A stretch of DNA of 64,000 nt. Source: Octopus sinensis (Eukaryota). Under the pieces are notes generated by a model. It was not told the origin of the DNA, ran no database searches, and saw nothing but the letters and a program-made list of their open reading frames with translations. The position numbers were made by a program, and so were the translations under genes. This document shows positions 52,893 through 64,000 of the stretch, one piece after another. The stretch lies in assembly GCF_006345805.1 (NCBI RefSeq), contig NC_043012.1, positions 8,432,001 to 8,496,000 of the forward strand, read 5' to 3'. The stretch's first letter is position 1, and each line of letters begins with the position of its first letter.

Positions 52893-53045
52893 TTCAGTTC
52901 TATATTTAAGAGATGAGGAATTATGTACATTATTTACAATTGACGGATATTTGTCCTCATCTTGTTTGTTTTTAACACAACATTTCGGCTGATGTACCCT
53001 CCAGCCTTCTTCAGGTGTCTTGGGGAAATTTTGAAGCTGGGTTCT
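52893..53045 (-). mobile_element. Penelope-like terminal fragment
   Basis: CCTGAAGAAGGC...CAGCCGAAATGTTG resembles the CTGAAGA..CCGAAACGT end motif of Penelope-like elements; similar motifs at ~38640 and ~58430. Confidence 0.4.
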
Positions 53046-54236
53046 CATTCCTCCTGCTGTCAGTTGTTTTGTTTCCGAAGTTGAAGCTCTTTTGTTGCTG
53101 CTTGCAACCTTTTTAATGACTGTCATTGGGTGCCCTTCCTAATGCCAACCACTTTACAAAGTGTGCTGGATGCTTTTCCATAACTCCAGCACTAGTGGGA
53201 TTACCAAGTAACTTACAGAAAAAAAAGTAAAGGGGAAGAATTCCCCTCAAGTGAGTGGGGTTCTAGTAGAGGAGAATGAAGAGGCTTTATGGCAGGTATT
53301 GAGAGAGGTTGAAGTATGATAGACAGACAGGCACAGGTATATTGCCATAGAGGATGCTGAACCTTTCAGGTGAGGTGACAAAGGACCGAGATGCCCAGTG
53401 CCTTGCTGTACTCAAGGAAACCCATACTCTGCTGCATAAGTGTTAAGTCCCTCTAGTTGTGTAAAGCACTTGTGACGGTGCACATAAAAGTGCCTGTGCA
53501 GTGCCACGTTAAAAATGCCCGTGAGGTGCCTTGTTAAAGCACCTGTGCAGAACCATGTAAAAGCACCCAGCACACTCAGTAAAGTGTTTGGTGTTAAGAA
53601 GGGCATCCAACCATAGAAACCATGCGAAATCAGACTGGAGTCTGATGCAGGTCTGGTTAAATTGTCCAACCCATGTTTATTGGCTATTTGTAATGTTTCT
53701 TTCTTTTAATTAATATTTTGCTTAACTAAAAGGCAACAAGCTGGCAGAATCTTTAGCATGCTGGGCAGGATGCCTAAGGGCATTTCATCCTTCCTTGGAT
53801 TCTGAGTTCGGGTTCTATCATGGTCGACTTTGCCATGACGTTAAATGATGATATACATGAATACCCCAGTGTTATATAGGAGTGTGTGAGTAGCTGGAAA
53901 GAAGATAAAGAAGTTGGTGACAACTTATCAGGGTGTACTCTCAAGATACACGAAAGGGAAAATAAGAGAATGTGGATTGAGGGTTGGGAAGGAGGGGTGG
54001 ATAAGTTAATAGGGGTGTGAGAGGAGAGAGACAGGCAGTAGACGTTAATGTAATGAATAGAGCAAGGGTGGATGTCTAGTCAATGGTAAATATGAGTTAG
54101 TGGAGGAGGCGGTAAAAGAAATAGGAACGGCTCAGGAAGGAGCAGGTGCTAAGTGGAAGTTCTGAGATTAAAACTTGTTGTTTAAAAAAAAAATTTTCTT
54201 GTAATTTTCATTTGTTTTTCTCTCTCTCAAATCTAG

Positions 54237-54366
54237 CAAAGTTCCAAAAGATGAAATGGCAGAAACAAATGGAGAAGGCCTCATTGATTCTAACCATATT
54301 GATGCTGATGATGAGGAAGAGATTAATGGAGAGGGTGCTGATAAAAAGAGAGCAATTACTTACCAG
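54237..54366 (+). CDS. UTP3: UTP3 exon (S-KVPKDEMAE...ADKKRAITYQ)
   Basis: Acceptor ctctcaaatctAG, donor CAG|GTGAGA; 130 nt; KRAITYQ starts the Sas10 C-terminal domain. Confidence 0.95.
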
Positions 54367-55557
54367 GTGAGATTCTTTGGTGGACTTTTGGAGTTAGGGA
54401 CTGAATTACTTGTTTTGTTTTAGTTTTGGTGGGTTGGTTTTAATAAATGTATAATAATAATAGTAATATAATTGACCTCCTTTGGTCATAAATGACAATG
54501 GGATTGCACCTAGAAAGTTCCCCTCCGTGGCACAACACCGGGCAAGGTTGTTTATGGAAGGCCAGCAGTCACCCATGCATACCAGCCTTCCCTCTCCATG
54601 CCACCAATGTTATTCGAGGGAATGGAAGAGGCCGATACAGTGTGGCACCAGTGATGTTGCTACTCATTTCTACAGCTGAGTGAACTGGAGCAGGGTGAAA
54701 TAAAGTGTCTTGCTCAAGAACACAACATACAGCCCGGTCTGGGATTCGAACTCACTACTGAGTCACACGTCTTCATAATAAATGTATGACGTTACACACA
54801 CACACACACACATCTATGTATATATGATTTACATATATGCACCTATGTATATATATATATATATCTGTGGTTATGATTTATATATGACACAATGATATGG
54901 TTTTAAGTTCAGTCTTCTGTTTTAGCTCCTGAGCTGACCAAACCCTTGTGAATGGATTTGGTGAGCGGAAACTAGAATAAGCCCATAGTATATTTGTGTG
55001 TGTGCACGTGCACACACATACACTGGGCTGCCTTTGTTTTAATTAATTTTGAAAATATTGAAGAATTTAGGAAAATATTAAGCTGACGTTTGGAACATGA
55101 ATAAAAATGAAATTTTGATAGAAGGTTTTGATTTACATAGGCAGTTGCTATCACGGATCCAGGGACAGTCTCAGATGTGTTGGTATCAAAAGGGTTAAAA
55201 GGGGTCTTGTGAATTTCGTACTTGAATTTTTAATTTGAAATTTCTGAGTTTGGGACAAAAAAAAAAAAGAAAAGAAAAAAAAGCGGCAATTCTTAGCGGG
55301 GTTTCAGAAGCAGGGGAGATAACTTTTACAAAGTGAAGAAATTTTTGAGTTGTTGCAGAAATAACTATCTGATCTTTGCTGTTAGGGAACAAATATTGTT
55401 ATATATTTCAGTCTATTTTATAAAAAGTCATAACTTATAGTCACAGCCAGGGCTGTGTTGTTCAGAAGCTCACTTTTATTGATAAAAAGAAAAAAAAAAA
55501 CCCCAACCAGTTTCCTCCAAAATCCAAAACTAAATTGTGTTGAATTTTCTCTTAAAG

Positions 55558-55665
55558 ATGGAGAAGAACAAAGGTTTGACTCGATATAGCAAGAAGGAAA
55601 AAGCTAATCCTCGTGTGAAGCACAGGACAAAGTTCAAGAAGGCCAAAATTCGAAGAAAGGGACAG
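55558..55665 (+). CDS. UTP3: UTP3 exon, Sas10 C-terminal domain (MEKNKGLTRYSKKEKANPRVKHRTKFKKAKIRRKGQ)
   Basis: Acceptor ttctcttaaAG, donor CAG|GTAAGC; 108 nt; matches NRGLT..RNPRVKHREKFRRAKIRRRGQ. Confidence 0.97.
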
Positions 55666-55771
55666 GTAAGCCTCTCACTCTTTTCTTATTGGTTTTATTC
55701 ATGTATTTTTGTTCTGTTTTGACTAATTTTTTCGTCTTTACTCTTATAACCATCCATGCCAACACACTCAC

Positions 55772-55811
<40 letters not shown>

Positions 55812-55812
55812 T

Positions 55813-56146
55813 TACGGAGATGTACTTGCATAGCGAGTGACTTGATCTGAGATCGTGTGCTAGAACGAAAACAATTGCAGCGTGGAAGGTGTTTCTAAGC
55901 CATTTAAGAAACACAAAAACCGTTAGATTCACTTCAACATTCAAATTTAATTTGTCAAAATATTTTCGTCGCTTTGAGACCGCAAACTCTTCACGACAAA
56001 ACTAGCACAAAGTTTTGTCAGTGAACAGGTTGCGGTCTCAAAGTGACGAAAATATTTTGACAAATTAAATTTGAATGTTGAAGTGAATCTAACGGTTTTT
56101 GTGTTTCTTAAATGGCTTAGAAACACCTTCCATGCTGCAATTGTTT
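55813..56146. mobile_element. Fold-back MITE-like element, right end apparently truncated
   Basis: Arms 55869-56003 and 56011-56146 are near-perfect reverse complements; TA-repeat flanks. Confidence 0.75.
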
Positions 56147-56147
56147 A

Positions 56148-56190
<43 letters not shown>

Positions 56191-56435
56191 TATGTGTATG
56201 ATGATATATATTTACATACACACATGTACATACATACATATATATATAGTAAGTGAATTGGGATATTTAATCCAGATGTTTAACTTGAAGAGATACTTTT
56301 AGATTGTGGCAATCTGAAAATTGAAAAGGAGGAAATTTCTTTATGATGCTACTGTTCCAATAATCTGAAAAACGCAACATCCATAGAGTATATATCATTA
56401 AAAAAAAACATTGAAAACGCACACACAAACGCACG

Positions 56436-56467
<32 letters not shown>

Positions 56468-57072
56468 GCTGTGTAGTTAAGTTTGTTCCCCAAGTGTGTG
56501 GCTTACCTGGGAAAAGTGACTAGATTGGTGGTGGTAGTTGTAGTGGTTGAAATTATCCAGGGATGCTTGCTGCATGGAAACTTAATAGTAAAGCGGATGC
56601 TAGCATACTGAATGTTGTAAGCTAAGAAATGGAAATTAATTCTAATTAAACCTTTAACAATGAGAGCAGTCATTACACAAATGACTAATTGCGTATCATT
56701 AAAATGCTGGACTTGTTTACTACACAGTCATATGATCAAACTCTGTGGTTACAGTTATTGTCTACTGCCCCAAGGCAGCCAACTTGTAAGTTCAATTGCC
56801 TCAGTCTGCTTGACTGACAACAGGTTCCACTTCTAGAAATGCAAGCGGAAAACAGGGGAGACAATTCTAATAGCTTAATTTAAATTACATAATTTCATAA
56901 TTGATAAATAAAACAACTTAAGCTCTCCCCTTCGTATCTTTTGCTTCCTCTCTTCCTTTCAGTACTTCCTCTTCTTACTCTCTCCTTATTCTTTGTCCTC
57001 TCCTTCATTACCTTGTATTCCCATTTCCCCCACTTCTCTGTCTGTCTGTCTGTCTCTCTCTGATCCTGTAAC

Positions 57073-57436
57073 ACATCTCTAATCTCACATCTCTAATCTC
57101 ACATCTCTAATCTCACATCTCTAATCTCGCATCTCTAATCTCACATCTCTGATCTCGCATCTCTAATCTCACATCTCTAATCTCGCATCTCTAATCTCAC
57201 ATCTCTAATCTCACATCTCTAATCTCACATCTCTAATCTCGCATCTCTAATCTCGCATCTCTAATCTCACATCTCTAATCTCACATCTCTAATCTCACAT
57301 CTCTAATCTCACATCTCTAATCTCACATCTCTAATCTCGCATCTCTAATCTCACATCTCTAATCTCGCATCTCTAATCTCACATCTCTAATCTCGCATCT
57401 CTAATCTCACATCTCTGATCTCACATCTCTAATCTC
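57073..57436 (+). repeat. 14 bp minisatellite, 26 copies, (A/G)CATCTCT(A/G)ATCTC
   Basis: 364 bp = 26 x 14; 8 units start with G and 2 carry CTGAT; ends 6 nt before the last UTP3 exon. Confidence 0.97.
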
Positions 57437-57442
57437 TTCCAG

Positions 57443-57532
57443 GTTCGACAGCCGATGACCGAGATGAAGCGCTATGGGGGAGAGTTGTTTGGTATTCGCT
57501 CTGGTGTCAAACACAGCATCAAGCTGAAATGA
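57443..57532 (+). CDS. UTP3: UTP3 last coding exon (VRQPMTEMKRYGGELFGIRSGVKHSIKLK*)
   Basis: Acceptor ctcttccAG; 90 nt ending TGA; matches the SAS10 C-terminus RYSGELSGIRAGVKKSIKLK. Confidence 0.97.
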   Translation, partial: VRQPMTEMKRYGGELFGIRSGVKHSIKLK

Positions 57533-57967
57533 TGGACCACGTTGAACCACAGCAAACATAAAGAGGGTTTTATTTCTGGACCATTCTCAACTGCTCCTGC
57601 GGTTCTTTATATGGCAGCATTGTCTTTTGCACACACTCTCTGTGTGTACAAGCACGTGCAATTTATGTATATATATATATATACCGTATTTGTGTGTATA
57701 ATATACATATATATATACACATTAATACACACATTAAAAATATAAAACATATCTTAAATGTGTTGTTGCTTTTATATCATCATCATCATCATCATCATCT
57801 AACGTCCGTTTTCCATGCTAGCATGGGTTGGACGGTTCGACTGGGGTCTGCTAAGCCATGGAGGCTGCACCAGGCTCCAGTCTGATCTGGCAGTGTTTCT
57901 ACGGCTGGATGCCCTTCCTAATGCCAACCACTCCGTGAGTGTAGTGTATATGTTCATTGTTTTTTTC

Positions 57968-58146
57968 TTCAACCCATTAGCATTTAAACTGGCCATATCT
58001 GGCCCAAATGGTCTTCTGTTTCATGGTGAATCCAGCTAGAACTGGTTTCCACCTATCTCTAATTGAAATCTCAAAGCTCTGAGATAAGAACAATGTAAAT
58101 AAATAAGCATTACATTTGACAGAATAATTTGAATGTTAAAGGGTTA
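57968..58146. mobile_element. piggyBac-like MITE (TTAA/CCCTT termini)
   Basis: TCAACCCATTAGCATTTAAA ... TTTGAATGTTAAAGGGTTAA. Related ends at ~28590-28746, ~9170-9300, ~50750-50790 and ~55090-55198. Confidence 0.55.
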
Positions 58147-59215
58147 AAACTTTTGGTATCAACTCGACTGAGACAACCCCTGATTCAGTTAGGAGAGGCA
58201 CAGAATGCTTGGTAAGAAGTTTGCTTCCTAACCACAGCGAGAAGATTAACTCCCAGTTCATCGCACCTTGGGCAAACCAAAGCCATGTAAGTGGATTTGG
58301 TAGATGGAAACTGGAAGAAACCCACTGTTTATATGCATGTATGTATGTCTATATGTGTGTGTATATGATTGATCGCTAGCCACTACATATTTTTTTCTCT
58401 CCTTGTTTTTTCTGTGTCCCTTTCTGTAGAAGAGTGTAGGATCGAAACGTAAAAGACTTTTTCTATTCCTGAGCGTTATACTAATACATCTGTTTGTTTT
58501 GTACACCACCTGTCTTTGTCTTTTGTTTATTTTCGTGAATTCTTGCTAATATATATATTTTTTTTTATGCGCCCTTTTCAAGCCCAGCCAAGCTCATTGG
58601 CCCAGTTTCCTGGTTTCTGTGGCGTATATGTTCCCCCCAGCTGGACGGGATGCCAGTCCATTGCAGCGTTACTCAAGAAACAGGAAGAGAGAGTGAAGGA
58701 AAGTAGTATTACTGGTTTTGTGGCCTAGTGGATAAGGGTGTTTTGTTACAGACAAGACAGTGAGGTAGATGTAGGTTTCAGTCTCAGAAAGAGATTGTGG
58801 TATGATCTCATTTAGTTTCATTTTTTCTGTAAATGGAGAATGAGAGGGGGAAAAAAAACAGCGAAGTTGATCATATCGACCTCAGTACTCAGCTGGTACT
58901 TAATTCATCGAGGATGAAAGGCAAAGTTGACCTTGACGGAATTTGAACTAAGAACGTAGTGACAGACGAAATACTAAGCATTTTGCCCGGCGTGCTAACG
59001 ACTCTGCCAGCTTGCCACCTTTGGTTTCAAATTTTGCCACAAGTGCAGCAATTTTAGGGAAAGGGATGAGTCGATTACATCAACTCCAATGTTCCACTGG
59101 TACTTATTTTATTGACCCCACAAGGATCGGGACTATGTGTTCTGACCCTTTTAGTTTATCTTTTTTAATGGAGTCTCCTTTTAGAACGAGAAAGAGAGAA
59201 TGGAGATCTTGTCTA

Positions 59216-59436
59216 TACTCTTTTACTTGTTTCAGTCATTTGACTGCGGCCATGCTGGAGCACCACCGTTAGTTGAGCACATCGACCCCAGGACTTATTC
59301 TTTGTAAGCCTAGTACTTATTCTATCGGTTCTCTTTTGCTGAACCGCTAAGTTACAGGGACGTAAACACACCAGCATCGGTTGTTAAGCGATGTTGGGGG
59401 GCAAACACAGACATCCAAACATGTACACACACATAC

Positions 59437-59519
<83 letters not shown>

Positions 59520-59688
59520 TACATACAACGGGCTTCTTTCAGTTTCCGTCTACCAAATCCACTCACAAGGCTTTGGTCGGCCTGAGGCTATAGTGGAAGA
59601 CACTTGCCCAAGGTGCCATGCAGTGGGACTGAACCCGGAACCATGCAGTTTGTAAGCAAGCTACTTACCACACAGCCACTCCTGCACC
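59216..59688 (-). mobile_element. SINE family A, full-length; its head forms the outer left arm of the palindrome
   Basis: Reverse complement of the consensus. Confidence 0.9.
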
Positions 59689-60394
59689 TATAATAATAAC
59701 TGGGCTTGAGCATGGTGCTAGTGGATCTCCGTCGTTTGACTGAATTAACATGTACGTGGCTGTGTATTCCGCAGGCTCTTGTGGTCTTAACGTAATTTCC
59801 AGGGAGAATCATCGCGACAAGATTGTACTTTTGAGAGTTACAAGTAAATTCTTCCGATGGAATTTTATGCAGTTTCCGTCTACTTGGCTTTATTGAAAAA
59901 GTATGAATCACCCCGAAACTATAGAAAATATGCTTCAGAGCTACCTATACTTAAGATGTTCGCTTCGCAACCGCAAAGTCCCGAGTTCGATCCATAGCGA
60001 GGTAGCTCTGAAGCATATTTTCTATAGTTTCGGGGTGATTCATACTTTTTCAATAAAGCCAAGTAGACGGAAACTGCATAAAATTCCATCGGAAGAATTT
60101 ACTTGTAACTCTCAAAAGTACAATCTTGTCGCGATGATTCTCCCTGGAAATTACGTTAAGACCACAAGAGCCTGCGGAATACACAGCCACGTACATGTTA
60201 ATTCAGTCAAACGACGGAGATCCACTAGCACCATGCTCAAGCCCAGTTATTATTATAGGCGCAGGAGTGGCTGTGTGGTAAGTAGCTTGCTTACGAACTG
60301 CATGGTTCCGGGTTCAGTCCCACTGCGTGGCACCTTGGGCAAGTGTCTTCTACTATAGCCTCGGGCCGACCAAAGCCTTGTGAGTGGATTTGGT
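59552..60394. repeat. Long palindrome: two 395 bp arms, 53 nt spacer
   Basis: 59552-59946 is the reverse complement of 60000-60394; five mismatches seen, all in the SINE-derived outer part. Confidence 0.92.
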
Positions 60395-60783
60395 CTGTGT
60401 GGTAAGTAGCTTGCTAACCAACCACATGGTTCCGGGTTCAGTCCCACTGCGTGGCATCTTGGGCTAGTGTCTTCTGCTATAGCCCCGGGCCGACCAATGC
60501 CTTGTGAGTGGATTTGGTAGATGGAAACTGAAAGAAGCCTGTCGTATATATGTATGTATATGTATATGTGTGTGTTTGTGTGTCTGTGTTTGTCCCCCTA
60601 GCATTGCTTGACAACCGATGCTGGTGTGTTTACGTCCCCGTCACTTAGCGGTTCGGCAAAATAGACCGATAGAATAAGTACTGGGCTTACAAAGAATAAG
60701 TCCCGGGGTCGATTTGTTCGACTAAAGGCGGTGCTCCAGCATGGCCGCAGTCAAATGACTGAAACAAGTAAAAGAGTAAAGAG
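60395..60783 (+). mobile_element. SINE family A, near full-length, abutting the right palindrome arm
   Basis: Starts CTGTGTGGTAAGTAGC directly after the truncated arm. Confidence 0.9.
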
Positions 60784-61484
60784 TATACAGTACCTACAAA
60801 AGTGTGGTGTCCAGTTTACATTAAACGTTTGTATTAAACTGAATCGGTCAAAGGGAAATTACTCATGTATAAAGTATTGTCCCTGCGATAAGTTTTACAG
60901 AATTATCTCCCTTATTCTAATTTTATAAATATTGTCTATTTTCCTTTTTTTGTGCTAAAAATGTGGAACATTACCAGGAATCGAAAATAAGAATAATGTT
61001 GCCATTGTTTCATGAATGTTCCATAGCCACATTGACTGAAGGTCACAGTGGTTATAGATCTAAGGTACTTATTTCTTACCTGCATTGATTAATGATCTAA
61101 TGACGTCACATTACTTAGTAACGTAGAAATAACAACTTCGACCCTTTGAGCGACTTTATCTTGCTTGCTTCTTCTGTTATCATCACTAGAATTTACAGAC
61201 ATAGAGCCGCCGAGGTGGCCTTTCGTGGTCGTAGAAATATGCTAGAAATAGCAGCTAAATCTTCCTAAAATAAAATCTTGTTGTCTTGAAATACCACATG
61301 AGATAATTTTATCCCAGATACACATAAAAAGACGACTTCGATTCTAGGTCTGCTCTGTAAGGGTTGACATTGGCTTAAAGAAGAACAAGAACAAGAAATA
61401 TGCAACAAGCAGAGACTATAATGGTGAGAATAGGAAACACATGGAATGTCATTTTTGCGTGTTAAGTATAATCGTTATTAGATC

Positions 61485-62011
61485 GATTACATCGACCCCA
61501 GTATGCGACTAGAACTTAATTTATCAACCCCGAAATGACGAAAGGCAAAGTCGACCTCAGCGGAATTTGAACTCAGAGCGTAAAGACAGACGAAATACCT
61601 ATTTCTTTACTACCAACAAGGGGCTAAACACAGAGGGGACAAACAAGGACAGACAAACTGATTAAGTCGATTATATCGACCCCAGTGCGTAACTGGTATT
61701 TATTTAATCGACCCCGAAAGGATGAAAGGCAAAGTCGACCATGGCGGAATTTGAACTCAGAACGTAGCGGCAGACGAAATACCTATTTCTTTACTACCCA
61801 CAAGGGGCTAAACACAGAGAGGACAAACAAGGACAGACAAAGGGATTAAGTCGATTACATCGACCCCAGTGCGTAACTGGTATTTATTTAATCGACCCCG
61901 AAAGGATGAAAGGCAAAGTCGACCTCGGCGGAATTTGAACTCAGAACGTAGCGACAGACGAAATACCGCGAGGCATTTCGCCCGGCGTGCTAACGATTCT
62001 GCCAGCTCGCC
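61485..62011 (-). mobile_element. SINE family D: one full head plus tandem 184 bp units
   Basis: GGCGAGCTGGCAGAATCGTTAGCACG head and GAGGTCGACTTTGCCTTTCATCC core; unit starts at 61485, 61669, 61853. Other family D copies at ~3870, 7946, 15860, 17795, 58860. Confidence 0.85.
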
Positions 62012-62807
62012 GGCCTAAGAAGAAGGAGGAGGAGAAGAAGAAGGAGGAGGAGGAGGAGGAGAAGAAGAAGAAGAAGAAGAAAACTGTGAAGAATACTTTC
62101 GGAAGCTTTTATCATTTATCTTTCGCTTGTTTCAGTCATTTGACTACGGCCATCCTGGGGCATCACCGCAATGGGCTCAGTCGAACAGATTGACCCCATG
62201 TACCTATTTTTTGGTCTGGTATTTATTTCATTGGTTTCTTTTGGTGGAACGCTGAGTTACAGGGACAAACACACGCACACACGCACACATGCATGCATAC
62301 ACACACACACACACATGGCAATAAATCTTGAAATAAACTGAATAATGATATACATACATGCATACAAAGAAACCCTGTTGTTGATGGTGAAATTCTAATG
62401 GGGGATCCTTGGATCTAGGTTAGAAACCGGTTCTTTCTATATTGGCAAGAAATCTTGAAATAAACTGAATAAGGACATTGTTGTTGTTTGTTCCTTCTCG
62501 AGCCATACCTGGCTCATAAGGGCCGGTTTCCCGGTTTCCTTGGCGTACAGGTTCCCCACCTGAACGGGACGCCGGTCCATCGCAGGTGAGTTGCAAGATG
62601 CAGGAGGAAAGAATGAGAGAAAGTTGTAGCGAAAGAGTTAGCAGAAGTTCGCCATTACCTTCCGCCAGAGCCGCGTGGAGCTTAGGTGTTTCGCTCATAA
62701 ACACACACATCGCCCGGTCTGTGATTCGAACCCGCGATCCCTCGACCGCAAGTCCGCTGCTCTAACCACTAGGCCATGAGCCTCCACGAATAATGACATA
62801 CATGCGT

Positions 62808-62852
<45 letters not shown>

Positions 62853-62867
62853 CACACACACACACAC

Positions 62868-63075
62868 AACGGTGGGCTGAAAAGTTCATAGGATGGCTAT
62901 GAAGGAGTGATACGTATGTTACTACAATTGTTTCGTCATGAGTTTTTATTTTGATTGAGCAAACTGCAATTTTTGGGAGGAAGACGTTTATATTCGACAG
63001 CCAGACATCTAGCGCCAAGAACACATTAACTCCATTCAGACCTGTCGTAGTGTTGTCGTTGACAATGTCCTTTAA
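62868..63075 (+). mobile_element. Probable mariner left-end fragment
   Basis: Starts ACGGTGGGCTGAAAAGTTCATAGG, similar to mariner TIRs as I recall them; no ORF. Confidence 0.35.
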
Positions 63076-63105
63076 AGCATTCACTTTTGTTTTTCTTATC
63101 TTATC

Positions 63106-63198
<93 letters not shown>
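63106..63198 (+). repeat. (TATC)n tetranucleotide microsatellite
   Basis: Long pure TATC run; a similar tract lies at ~13665-13745. Confidence 0.9.
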
Positions 63199-63199
<1 letters not shown>

Positions 63200-64000
63200 C
63201 CCCGTGCGTCCGTCCATCCATCTGCCTGCCTGTCTGTCTATCTGTCTATCTATCTTTCTATCTATCTATCTGTATATCTTGCTGTAGTAATTAATGATAA
63301 AAGGGTGGAGGGAAAACAAAACAAATAAAGAATAGGGAGAAAGAACGGTGAGGAAAAGAAATTGCCCGACCTTCAAAGATAAGTGGAATGGTTAGAAAAA
63401 AAACTAGAAAGAAGAGGAAGCGCTAGAGAGAAATAAAAATTAATTAGAGACGAATAGAGAGATAGAAAAATAGAGAAGGAATAAGCCTTGATTCATACAA
63501 TGAACAGGTCGTAAAAAGCTAATAAATAAATAAGTAAGTAAACATAGAATTAAAATAGATAAGGAAGCAAGATAATAAAAATAACAATAGATGACCACTC
63601 CAAATAATGAAAGTTGTATATTTAATATTTCATATCGAAAGCTAAGGGAGTTATGCTAGAACTACCTATTGTAATGAATACTTCATTCGGATATGGACGA
63701 TGCGGTAATAGGGAAGATATAAGAAAATTCGAATTAGAATTAAATATATAACGATAAACTATAGTTTGTCGTTATAAATTATCATATATGAGTTCGGGTA
63801 AGCCTAAGTCGTTTGATTTATCTCTGTTACGACAATTGTGGTATAGGGTTGCATTGAGGAGGCGCAATGGCCCAGTGGTTAGGGCAGCGGACTCGCGGTC
63901 GTAGGATCGCGGTTTCGATTCCCAGACCGGGCATTGTGAGTGTTTATTGAGCGAAAACACCTAAAGCTCCACGAGGCTCCGGCAGGGATGGTGGTGATCC

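Noticed and set aside
57073-57436. Regular short repeat array as a possible CRISPR or telomeric array
   Set aside because: No spacers, eukaryotic intron context, and the unit is not TTAGGG-like.
57733-58103. UTP3 polyadenylation signals (ATTAAA at 57733, AATAAA at 58098)
   Set aside because: Both hexamers are common in AT-rich DNA and one lies in a MITE; cannot choose without 3'-end data.
59588-60358. Two ORFs with the same peptide on opposite strands (107 and 151 aa)
   Set aside because: They are simply the two arms of the palindrome and run into SINE sequence; no protein motif.
61101-61108. Perfect CRE TGACGTCA in unique sequence downstream of UTP3
   Set aside because: A single 8-mer with no identifiable gene or exon nearby in the window.

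Overview
AT-rich, microsatellite- and SINE-dense animal genomic DNA. The repeat families resemble those I recall from octopus, so the taxon call is an inference. Two intron-rich protein-coding genes lie head-to-head. (1) On the minus strand, an uncharacterised ankyrin-repeat gene: five coding exons traced by hand (29271-28931, 9103-8985, 7514-7272, 3764-3550, 1962-1531), all GT-AG and phase-compatible, 450 codons, with a 19.8 kb first intron. It ends on a splice donor, so it probably continues off the left edge. (2) On the plus strand, UTP3/SAS10 (small-subunit processome): 13 exons traced from 41026 to the stop at 57532 (438 codons), with the ATG exon unresolved. The rest is mostly tRNA-headed SINEs, RTE/CR1/R4-Dong/Penelope-like retroelement fragments, Tc1/mariner remnants, MITE-like fold-backs, Helentron-like elements and simple repeats. 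Almost all other ORFs in the supplied track are repeat artefacts. No rRNA, true tRNA or CRISPR array was found, and I cannot claim a new multi-gene system. The most unusual structures are: a 26 x 14 bp minisatellite of branch-point-like motifs forming the last UTP3 splice acceptor; a 395 bp-arm palindrome just downstream of UTP3; a ~1 kb fold-back carrying four GTCACGTGA motifs upstream of the ankyrin gene; and several long intronic hairpins. All coordinates were counted by hand, and repeat boundaries are approximate.
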